Assembly: GCF_006345805.1 (NCBI RefSeq)
Contig: NC_043017.1
Coordinates: 19,406,001 to 19,470,000 of the forward strand
DNA from: Octopus sinensis
Lineage: Eukaryota
DNA length: 64,000 nt
Reading direction: 5' to 3'
The position numbers were made by a program, and so were the translations under genes. The notes beneath the pieces were generated by a model, which searched no databases, was not told where the DNA came from, and worked only from the letters and a program-made list of their open reading frames with translations. This document shows, piece by piece, positions 15,082 to 27,828 of the stretch (its first letter is position 1; each line of letters begins with the position of its first letter).

Positions 15082-18000
15082 ATACATACATACACACACA
15101 CACTCACATGCATGTGTATACATTATGAGCTTCCATGCAGTTTCTGTCAACCAAAGCCACTCATCAGACATTGGTCAGCCTGGAGCTATAACAGAAGACA
15201 CTTGCCCAGGTGCCATGCAATGGGACTTGTCCCAAAACCATGTTCGTTACAAGACAAAGATTCCCAGCCATACATCCAAGCCTGCATCTGCATGTTGTTT
15301 AATCCCAGGTAAATGCTGATCAAGCAAACCTACGAAAATATTCCCACCATGACCATCCACCTTACTTTCAAACAACGTATCCTTCATCATATATTCATGT
15401 TTTCCAGCATGTGCTTCCTTTATAATGATGGTAAGGTGTCATGTGGCTGCTATTTCTAGCAGCTCAAGCAACCATACACAGACTCCCTTCTTGGTGTGTT
15501 TTTATCTTTTAACTGTGAAATTTCACAATTATTCCAATAATGGTTTTAAATATCTACCAGAAAATAGAATTGGTATTTTCTGCTTCTATAAACTTGACAT
15601 ATCTCAACAAGAAATTGCTTCAAAAATGACATTCTCCTTTACTCTTTTACTTGTTTCAGTCATTTGACTGCGGCCATACTGGAGCACCGACTTTAGTCGA
15701 GCAAATCGACACCGGGAGTTATTCTTTGTAAGCCCAGTACTTATTCTATCGGTCTCTTTTGCCGAACCGCTAAGTGACGGGGACATAAACACACCAGCAT
15801 CGGTTGTCAAGCAATGCTAGGGGGACAAAAACAGACACACATACACACACATATATATATATATAGATATATATATATATATATACATATATACGACAGG
15901 CTTCTTTCAGTTTCCGTCTACCAAATCCACTCACAAGGCATTGGTCAGCCCGGGGCTATAGCAGAAGACACTTGCCCAAGATGCCACGCAGTGGGACTGA
16001 ACCCGGAACCATGTGGTTGGTTAGCAAGCTACTTACCACACAGCCACTCCTGCGCCTACAAAAGATAAATTGGTTACATAAAACTGATCTCTGTAGTTAA
16101 AAGTTAATGAAATTTTGAATGGATGTATATGAGGTTTCTGCAGTAGAAGGGTTAACGAAGATAAATTCTTTTCTCTTCTTTTTTTTTTTTTAATTAAATG
16201 TGCAAATTAAAGGAGCTAAATTTCTTTTGTTTGAATGCTAGTGTATGAAGCGTGTGAAAGTGAAGAATGAAATTCTAAAGAAATTTTGCCAATTGCTCAC
16301 AGACCGAATTATATTACGGTGCAAATGTGCACAGTGTACAAACAGCGCCATCTATACATACGTAAATGCAATGACGATGACAACGCGATGACAACAAGAG
16401 GTACGAGACGGACACGATACAAGAGGAGCGAACGTTTCGTTGATTTTGGATCTCGGAACTGACGACGACAGAAATGAACATCACGACACGTCACAAACAT
16501 AACGACTGTGGCGGAAACTAAGACAACATCGAAGAAGGACATGCAGCTGGCGGAGGAGGAGGAAGAGGAAGAGACAACATGTGACAACAATGAGAGGAAA
16601 ACATGCAGAGAATGATAATAATAATAATGCTTTCTACTGAAGGCACAGGGCCATATGTTTTTGGGGATGGGTCTAGTCAATTACCTCAACCCCAGTACTC
16701 AACTGGTACTTATTTAATCAATCCCGAAAGGATGAAAGGTAAAGTTGACCTCGGCAGAATTTGAACTCAGAACGTAGTGGCAAATGAAATACCACTAGGC
16801 ATTTCACCCGACATGCTAATGATTTTGCCAGCTTGCTGCCTTAATACGATGATGATGATGATGATGATGGTAATAATAAAGGTGATATGCTTCGAATCAA
16901 TTTGGGCTTTCCCGTCACCGATTTACTGTTAGAATAATTTCGTTAATGAGAAAATTGATTGCTTACTAACTGGGGATATTCTTAGATTGGTGTGGGGATA
17001 TGGGGGAAGGAGAGAATTGCTTTTGAGAGATGAAAGCATACGAGAAAGTTCTGCAAATTCACTTTTGACCACTGAAGAAGCTGCCGCAAAACAAGAAGCA
17101 GTTGTACATTAGCTAGAGTATAGTGATCCCTAGTTAGGGTACAAGGGTCATTAGCTTGCATACAGGGGTCATTTGCTAGGATACAATAACAATTAGCTAG
17201 AGTACAACGATCATTAGCTTGAGTACAACGATCATTAGCTAGAGTACAACGATCATTAGCTAGAGTACAATGACCATTAGCTAGAGTACAGCGATCATTA
17301 GCTAGAGTACAATGACCATTAGCTAGAGTACAACGATCATTAGCTAGAGTACAATGATCATTAGAGTACAGCGATCATTAGCTAGAGTACAACGATCATT
17401 AGCTAGAGTACAATGATCATTAGCTAGAGTACAATGATCATTAGCTAGAGTACAGCGATCATTAGCTAGAGTACAATGATCATTAGCTAGAGTACAGCGA
17501 TCATTAGCTAGAGTACAGCGATCATTAGCTAGAGTACAATGATCGTTAGCTAGAGTACAATGATCATTAGCTAGAGTACAATGATCATTAGCTAGAGTAC
17601 AATGATCATTAGAGTACAGCGATCACTGACAAGGAGTGGTTACTTAGTATTCTTAGCAGCACATACACTCAGTGACAATGTTGTGTGAAACCAAGCAGTA
17701 AATACCCCATAAGAGTTTATTTTGAAGCTGAGATGCACTGATAACATAAGCGATGTGTGTTGGTTTGTTTTTGTTTAATGTGATTACGCACGTGTGTATG
17801 TGTGAAGATCAAATCAAGAATGACTGTAGACGGTTAACAGTGTTTTGGGGAACAGCTCAAGGTAGAACTTGCAGAGGGAGAGAGAGGAAATGAAACAACA
17901 GCCCAGACTGGTGTAGCTTTGCCTAAGTTAACAACTATGCTTCAGATACAGAAACCCACATTGGTGAATATTGCATCAAACATCTGAGGGTCAAAGTAGC

Positions 18001-21000
18001 TGTTTTAGAGAAATAGGGCAGGTGTCTTCCACTATAGCCCCGAGCCGACCAAAGCTTTGTGATTGAATTCGGCAGGCGGAAATTACTGCCGTGTATGTAT
18101 ATGTGTGTGTAGGTGCTTGTGCCTCTCCAAAAGAGAGAGAGAGAGTTGAGGGATTTCTAGAAATTTGGGTTAAAATTGTAAGGAAGCTGTATACGTCTGT
18201 CATTATCATCATCACTATTTAGAAGTCCATGTCCCATGCTGCCTTGGGTTGGACAGTTTAACAGGATCTGATGGAGCGCAAGGACTGCATCATGCTCAAG
18301 TGTCTGGCATGGTTTCCATGGTTATTACTCTTCCTAACACCAACCGTTTTACAGTGTGTACTGGGTACTTTTTCATGCCAGCAGCACTGTTGAGGTTGCA
18401 AGTCTAAGACCCCTGAGTGTGTATTGGGGTAGGAGCACTTTACAGCCTTGAGAATAGGGAACAGAGAGGGGTTAAGTATGAGATAAAAGGGCCAGAGCAG
18501 GAAAGGCTTCTTGTAGTAGGGGAGCAACATGGCTACTCACATTTTAGAAGGGAGGGTAGGGGAAGGCAGGGGTGGATCCAGAGAGTAATATAAGTGGTGA
18601 TGAGGTACATATTCATAAACAGCATCTAGATCACTGGTAACCCACAGGCTTGGACAAGTGGCAGGGGGGAATTGAATGCCATTTACGAAAGGACAATTAA
18701 CTAATGGTTAACTGCCCACCCCTCCACCTTCATATTTACATATATCTGAAGGAGATGCATTTTGTGAGAATGAAGATGATGATGATTTAAGAGGATGATG
18801 ATGGTCGTTATTATTGGTTTCAAATTTTGGTACAAGGCCACTATTTTCAAGGGAGTGGGTGAGTTGATTACATATGACTCCAGTACGCAACTGGTACTTA
18901 TTTTATTGACCCCTGAAAGGATGAAAGGCAAAGCTAACCTTGGCAAGATTTGAACTTAGAACCTGAAAATGGATGGTATACTAACAATTCTGTCAGTACG
19001 CCACCTTCCTATGTTGATTATTATTATTTTATTATTATTATTATTGAGTGAGAGAGCAGTTCATGCCATCAAAGTGACACTGGGGTAAAATATACGAAGT
19101 TTGCTGTAGCCCATCTTTTATACCAAGACAAAACAATGTACATGATAACACTTCCAATCAGTTAAGATCAGAAGCCATGAGAGCCACTGCCTGGTACTAT
19201 TGTTGTTGCACTGTTTTATACAAGATGCTTCAAGTCTTCATACAGGGACCTCAAGTAACAGCAAATTGCATGTTTCACCGTGGCTGTTATTTCTGCTTAG
19301 CAATGGATATATTCCAAGGAAAGGAGTCTAAATACTGAGAATTAAGATTCTGTTAAAAGTTTGTTGTACAATTTGTGATTTTGAAAAAAGTTTTAAATGA
19401 ATCAAATAATCTCAGGTTGACAAGTGCTTCTCTTAGGATATGGGCTGCACCAAAAAAGAACAATTTTTGTAGTTCTGATATTTGGGGTTTCCTGGTATTT
19501 GAGCATTGGGTTTAAAAGTGCCATTTGGTATTATACTCAAAGCTTCCATGGTCAGAGGTGCACTTGTTATTCTTAGATGCCCATTTCTAAGACCTCTGTT
19601 TCAAGGTTCTTATATTATCATTATTATTATCATTATGTTTATGATAGAAACTATATCAAACGTGTCCTCAATGGTGTCCCTACAAATAAATATATATTAA
19701 AGGTACATGATGTGTGTGTGTGTGTATATTTAACTATATGTATGTATATATAGGAATATTTGCAAGTTGGTTCTGTGAATCTATGTTGTAGCATTGGATT
19801 GTCAAATTCCTAAAGAAATTTCAAGGGTGGACATCCGTCTTCGTACCAGCCATTTGGCAGAGCACCAGGTTGACCAATGGAATCAAAGCGATGAACTTTG
19901 CTCAAGGACACAACTGCCCTTACTCAATGGGTCACCATCCTTGACCCACTGGGCCGCTCAACTGTTTATTTTTTTTTTTTTATACCTGAGGAAGTGATTC
20001 TTCAATATAAACTGTATATATATATATATAAAAAAAAAACAAAAACAACATAACTGTAAATCAAATATGCTGGAGAAAAAAAAAATAGGGGGGAGAGGTA
20101 GTGCTTATAAAGTACCAGTGACTAAAGAAGAACTTCACAGAAGACATGCTGTAGTCTGTTTACTTACCTCATTGTCATTCAGTTTACGTGACTGGGAGAA
20201 AAAATAGGAGGCAGTTGGAAGCAATATTTTCAATCATTTCAATAAAATAGGCAAATAACAATAACGTCTCTACAACTAGCAAATACGACAGCCCTAAACA
20301 CTATCAAATAATGGGTTCAAAGTTTTGGCCCAAGGCCAACAGGTTTTAAGAGGGGGGAAAGGAGTTAAGTCGATTACATGACCCCAGTAGTGTTCAACTG
20401 GTACTTTATTTCATCAACCACAAAAGGATGAAAGGCAAAGTCAACCTTGATGGGATTTGAACTCAGAATGTAAAGAGTCGGAAGAAATGCTGCTGAGGAT
20501 TTTGTCCAATGTGCTAATGATTCTGCCAGCTCATCACAATAATGATAATAATAATAATAATAATAATAGTCCTTCCTACAATAGGCACAAGGTTGAAAAT
20601 TTGGGGGAAGAGAACTAGTCGATTATGTCGACCCCTGTGTTTCACAGGTACTTAATCTATTGACCCCAAAAGGATGAAAGGCAACGTGTACCTTGGCGGC
20701 ATTTGAACTCAGAATGCAAAGGCAGATGAAATGCTGCTAAGCATTTTGCCTGGCTTGCTAATGATTCTGCCAGCTTGAATAATTCTTACCATTATAGGGG
20801 CACAGGGCCTGAAATTTGGGGGAAGAGGGGCTAATTGAATACAATGATTCCAGAGTTTAACTGTTACTTATTTCATCGACCCTGAAAGGATGAAAGGTAA
20901 TGTTGATCTTAGTGGGATTTGAACTTGAAACGTAAACCTGGAAGAAATTCTGCTAAGCATTTTATCCGGCATGTTTTCATACTTTGGCACAAGGCTACAA

Positions 21001-23711
21001 ATTTTTAAAGGGGAATGATATGGTCAAGTCACTTACAGTGGCTCCAATGCTCAAAGGGTGCTCTATTTTAACAACGCTGGAAAGATGAATGGCAAAAGCT
21101 GACCTCGGCAAAATTTGAACTTAGAATGTAGACTTAGAAGAAATGCCACAGAACATTTTGTCTGATGTGCTAATGATTTCACCAGCTTGCCACCTTATAA
21201 ACATCATCAAATAAGATCTAAACACTATCAAATGATAATATTTAAAAAAACTATGAAATAATAGCATTGAACATGACCAAATATTTGCCTTAAACACGAT
21301 TAAAAGAAAACAGTAAAAAAACATGAACAAATAACTCTAAACACTACATAACAAGAGCTAAACCCAATGAAATAATAGCCCTAAACATTATCAGGTATCA
21401 CCCATAAACACTATTAAATGCTTGCCTTAACCCTTTTGTTACCAACCCGGCTGAAACTGGCTCTGTTGTACAAATGTCTTGTTTTCATAAGGTTTAAATT
21501 AAGATCTTCAACCAAACAGTCATAATTTATGTTCTTAACACTAGCTGAATGATAACTAAGTTATTTTACTAAATTCTTTATTATATTTAAAGTAATTGAA
21601 AGAAACACAGAGCACCTCAAAATAAATACAGTAATGAAAGAGTGAAACACCATAAATGTTGCCCTAAATGCTATAAAATCCCAATCATAAACACTATGGA
21701 ATGTTTGTTTGTTCTGTTCCCTTCTTTCATTTTTTCTTAACCTTTCATCACCCTGGCATAAAACTGTCTCCCTGTCTACTGTAGTCTGGTTCCATCAAAG
21801 GAAATCTTAGTCTCGTGAGCTACACGGTAACCTCTCTAGTGCTGGTGCTATGTAAAAAGCACCCAGTACACTCTGTAAAGTGGCTTGCATTAGGAAAGGC
21901 ATCCAACCATGGCAACCATTATAAAACAGACACTGGAGCACAATGCAGTCCGCCAATTCATTGAATCCTGTCAGACTAACCAAAGTATGAAAGACGGGCA
22001 TTAAAAGCTGATCTTTGGGTTTGTGTTGTCTTTCTAAGACAATAAGAAAACTGAAGGGAAAAATAATTATAAAATATATTTTTATCTTCTGACAAATTAA
22101 GATAAATTATTAATCAACAGATCAGAAACTTAACATAAGGCACAGGAGTGGCTGTGTGGTAAGTAGCTTGCTAACCAACCACATGGTTCTGGGTTCAGTT
22201 CCACTGCGTAGCATCTTGGGCAAGTGTCTTCTGCTATAGCCCCGCGCCGAACAATGCCTTGCGAGTGGATTTGGTAGACGGAAACTGAAAGAAGCCTGTC
22301 GTATATATGTATATATATATAAGTGTGTGTGTATATGTTTGTGTGTCTGTGTTTGTCCCCCTAGCATTGCTTGACAATCGATGCTGGTGTGTTTACGTCC
22401 CTGTCACTTAGCGGTTCGGCAAAAGAGACCGATAGAATAAGTACTGGGCTTACAAAGAATAAGTCCCGGGGTCGATTTGCTCGACTAAAGGCGGTGCTCC
22501 AGCATGGCCGCAGTCAAATGACTGAAACAAGTAAAAGAGTAAAAAGAGAGTATAACTTGACAGACAAACGTCTACAAAAGTTTACCTCATACCTTTAACC
22601 CTTCAGCATTCGGATTATTCGCCCCTTGGTCATGACTCACCGTGAGATAGCACCTAGGAAGTTCCTCTCCAAGGCACAAGTCCGAACAAGGTTGGTTATG
22701 AAAGACCAGTAGTTGCCCATGCATACTGGCCACCCCATCTCCATGTCAACCGATGTTATTGAAGGGAAAGGCAAAGAGGCTGATACAGCTTGCCACCAGT
22801 GATGTCACAGCTCATTTCTACAGATGAGTGAATTGGAGCAATGTGAAATAAAGTATCTTGTTCAAGAACACAACACACAGCCCAGTCCAGGAATCGAACT
22901 CACTACCTCATGATCGTGATCCCGATGCTCTAACCACTGTTTTGAATTAAACATGCATTATCTTGTGGCTTTGAGATTCTGATGATGTCATTATTTATTT
23001 CTAGAATGACATTGTAGGGTGGGTGTGAGAGGCTCGATATAGTCAGTTTGGACATAAAACCAGAAGGATGTTTAGCCTTGATGTGGCCAGTTTAAATGCT
23101 AAAGAGTTAGGGCCCATGAACTTGGAGTTCATCTGCATTTCTAATGTAATTAGAAGACAGACAGAACAAGAGCCCTCACTGCCGCTCCCCAAATGGGATA
23201 TAAGCTTGTTGCCGAGTTATCTCCAGTGTAGCACTGGTATTTATCTTCAGCTGAACAAACAAAAGCAATGTGAAATGAAATGCCTTGCTCAAGGACACAA
23301 CATCACATCCAGCCTAGAAATTGAACCCACAACAAACCGCTGGTGAGCTCAACATCTTAACTACTAAGCCCAGGCACCTTCATAACTTGATGGAGTTATA
23401 GAAATTAGTTAATTAATTGATTAATTGAGGTAAAATTTACTTCGTAGTTTTTAATGTGCTATTTATAGAAGTAATTATATTTTACTTAATACATATAATA
23501 AATAAAGAGAAAAGTATTTTTTTTATGGTGGGAAGGGATGAAGGGAATTGAGAAAGCTGAGATAGCTTAAAGTTGAGAGGCTTAATTAATTACATATGCA
23601 CATATTAATCATTCACACACACACACACAAAGTACTCAAATATTAATTAAAGGATTATTCAACACCTTTAAGAAGAGTATCATATTTATTTTTACAAAAA
23701 GTTATATATAC

Positions 23712-23759
<48 letters not shown>

Positions 23760-26531
23760 ATATATATATATACATATATATATACACACATACACATATA
23801 TATATATATACACACACACACATACACACCTATGTAATTATGATATGGGATGTTATTTTTAAATGAATTAGTCAAGAGAAAGGGTCTTATCTAGGATTTT
23901 TGCAGACCCTCCCAGGCAGGTGAGATTGGAGGTGTGGAGGAGTACACAACTGGAAGAACCATCTGCAGGTGTAATGTCTTCATTAAAAACGAAGAGCAGA
24001 AAGGGAAACAGTGTTGGTGCCCTTCCTGTCATCAACCCTCACCTGTTTCCAAGCAAGGTAATATTTCCTCAAGGCCAGACATGCTTTCAGGAAAAATTGA
24101 AAAGGAACAACACTGCTTGTATGATGGTGACACTCATTTACAACTATCATGTGATGTCAAGAAAAAAGCACACACACACACACACATCAGTGGTTCTCAA
24201 ATATTTCCCACCTCTGGACCCCTTTGAATTTTACTTTATGTGAGTGGACCCTAATAGCCATTTGTTGTTTAAAAACCCCTATTATATTTTTATAATTATT
24301 ATAAGAAATTGTATTTAAAAAAACTGTTAAATTTTCTTTTGTATTGTAGACGTATAACCAATTTATTGCAGATAAATTTAAATAACAAAATCTTATGTGG
24401 ACCCCCAAGGGCCATATGGACCTTGGTTGGAAAACACAGATATATATATATATATGATGGACTTCTTTCAGTTTTCATCTACCAAACCCATTCGCAAAGG
24501 CTTTTATTGGCCAGGGGTGTAGAAGTTACTTGCCCAAGGTGCCACACAGTGGGACTGAACATGAAATCACATGGTTAAGAAATGAACTCCTGGTCCATAC
24601 ACATATACATATATACATACATACACACAATGAGCTTCTTTTAGTCTCCATTTAGCAATCACATACACATGTATGTATGTGTGTGTGTATATATCATCAT
24701 CATCTTCATTCAACATCTGCTTTCCATGCTGGCATGGGTTGGATGGTTTGACTGAGGACTGGAAAACCAGGAGGCCGCACCAGGCCCCAATCTGATCTGG
24801 CAAGGTTTCTACAGCCGGATGCCCTTTCTAACACTAACCACACCGTGAGTGTGGTGGGTGCTCTTTACGTGCCACCAGTACGGTATATATATATATATAT
24901 ATATGTGCATATATATATATACATATATATATACACACATACACATATATATATATATACACACACACACATACACACCTATGTAATTATGATATGGGAT
25001 GTTATTTTTAAATGAATTAGTCAAGAGAAAGGGTCTTATCTAGGATTTTTGCAGACCCTCCCAGGCAGGTGAGATTGGAGGTGTGGAGGAGTACACAACT
25101 GGAAGAACCATCTGCAGGTGTAATGTCTTCATTAAAAACGAAGAGCAGAAAGGGAAACAGTGTTGGTGCCCTTCCTGTCATCAACCCTCACCTGTTTCCA
25201 AGCAAGGTAATATTTCCTCAAGGCCAGACATGCTTTCAGGAAAAATTGAAAAGGAACAACACTGCTTGTATGATGGTGACACTCATTTACAACTATCATG
25301 TGATGTCAGAAAAAGCACACACACACACACACATCAGTGGTTCTCAATATTTCCCACCTCTGGACCCCTTTGAATTTTACTTTATGTGAGTGGACCCTAA
25401 TAGCCATTTGTTGTTTAAAAACCCCTATTATATTTTTATAATTATTATAAGAAATTGTATTTAAAAAAACTGTTAAATTTTCTTTTGTATTGTAGACGTA
25501 TAACCAATTTATTGCAGATAAATTTAAATAACAAAATCTTATGTGGACCCCCAAGGGCCATATGGACCTTGGTTGGAAAACACAGATATATATATATATG
25601 ATGGACTTCTTTCAGTTTTCATCTACCAAACCCATTCGCAAAGGCTTTTATTGGCCAGGGGTGTAGAAGTTACTTGCCCAGGTGCCACACAGTGGGACTG
25701 AACATGAAATCACATGGTTAAGAAATGAACTCCTGGTCCATACACATATACATATATACATACATACACACAATGAGCTTCTTTTAGTCTCCATTTAGCA
25801 ATCACATACACATGTATGTATGTGTGTGTGTATATATCATCATCATCTTCATTTAACATCTGCTTTCCATGCTGGCATGGGTTGGATGGTTTGACTGAGG
25901 ACTGGAAAACCAGGAGGCCGCACCAGGCCCCAATCTGATCTGGCAAGGTTTCTACAGCCGGATGCCCTTTCTAACACTAACCACACCGTGAGTGTGGTGG
26001 GTGCTCTTTACGTGCCACCAGTACGGTATATATATATATATATATATACATATGCATATATATATCATCATCATTGTTTAACGTCCGTTTTCTGTGTTAG
26101 CATGGGTTGGACGGTTCGACCAGGGTCTGGGAAGCCAGGAGGCTGCACCAGGCTCCAGTCTGATCTGGCAGTGTTCCTACAGCTGGATGCCCTTTCTAAC
26201 GCCAACCACTCCATGAATGTAGTGGGTGCTTTTTACGTGCCACCGGCACAGAAGCCAGTCAAGGTGGCGCTGGCATCGGCCACGTTCGGATGGTGCTTCG
26301 ACCACGTATATATATATATTATATATATATATGCATACACAAATGTATACATAATTGATGGTGGGGAGTCAATTACATCAACCTCAGTACATGACTGGTA
26401 TTTATTTTATTGACTCTCAACAGGATGAAGGGCAAAGTTGACCTTGGTGGGATTAGAACCCAGAACATAAAGACAAAGGAAATGCTGCCACGTAGTCTGT
26501 CTGGTGTGCTAACACTTCTGCTAGCTTGCTA

Positions 26532-26564
<33 letters not shown>

Positions 26565-27133
26565 TCAGTCTGTTGCTATCTCTCGTTAGCATATAAGTTG
26601 TGTTAAGCGGATCATTAACGATGAACAGCCACACATAGGCCGAAGAAATTTATTTTAGGTACAAACTGGGATTAAATGAAATGACGCAAAGATAAAATGA
26701 GGAAACGAGGAGAAGTCGTTATTAATAGAGCTGAGTACAGGTTAAATAGTTTGAAGTACCATTCATTAAGATGGTATTTCATAAGTAATCTCTAACAAGT
26801 TATTGATTGCAGCAAGCATTTCTTTCTTTCCTTGTAACTTTTTTTTTTTAATTGCATGTTGAGTGGAATTAAATTATTTTGATTAATGTTTTTATGAGGT
26901 AGATTTCTTTTTTGACTGTTTTTTTTTTTCATACAAGAGCGAGGGGAAGGGGAAAAGATATAAGGGATTGGGAATGTTAATTAAATAGCGGGGAAGATGG
27001 AATTCAGGCCCCTAAAAATAGAATATAATTTATGTTGATTACTGTCAGCCGAAAGATGAGGGTTTAAGATGTTAGGAACAGATATAGAATATGCATAAAA
27101 TTGGTATAGACAACATGCTACTCTGCTTGAGAG

Positions 27134-27220
<87 letters not shown>

Positions 27221-27790
27221 TGTGTGTGTGTCTCAAACATCAGCACATGATTTCCTTTCATAGACAACAAAATTTCCTTCAGGGCAAAACTCCAGAATGG
27301 CCTTAACTGCCATAGCTAACACACACACACACATATACACATGATGAGCAGACTTATGATCAGAGGTATTCCAGTTGTGACCATCCCGGCTTTTGCTTTT
27401 GTGTGTGTACGCATGGGGCACTTGTCTAAAACTACGCTAAGTGCTTTTCTTACACAAGGACCAGAAGAAATACTGCCCTAATAATAATAATCCTTCCACT
27501 ATAGGCACAAGACCTGAAATTTGGGGGCTGGGAGTCAGTTGATTATACTGACCCCCAGCATTGTAGTAGTAGTAGTAGTAGTAATAATAATAATAATAAT
27601 GATGATATTTTCAAATTTTGGCACAAGGCTAGCAAGTTCAGTGGAGTGGGTAAGTTGATTACATTGCTCCCAAGAGGATGAAATGCAAAGTCAACCTCAG
27701 TGGAATTTGAACTCAGTATGTAAGAACAGACAAAATGTTATTAGTAATTTTGCCTGGTGTGCTAATGATTCTGCCAGCTCGCTGCCTTGC

Positions 27791-27828
<38 letters not shown>

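Noticed and set aside
17108-17625. CRISPR array
   Set aside because: The units are contiguous with no unique spacers, there are no cas genes, and the context is a eukaryotic intron. The same applies to 41160-41632.
19986-20069. Additional exon next to the 24-nt microexon
   Set aside because: It has a good acceptor but an immediate TGA and includes a TA/poly-T tract. The shorter 26-nt version shifts the frame.
23920-25389. Duplicated 107/106-aa ORFs as tandem genes
   Set aside because: They consist of SINE and MITE fragments inside the tandem duplication and have no recognisable domain.
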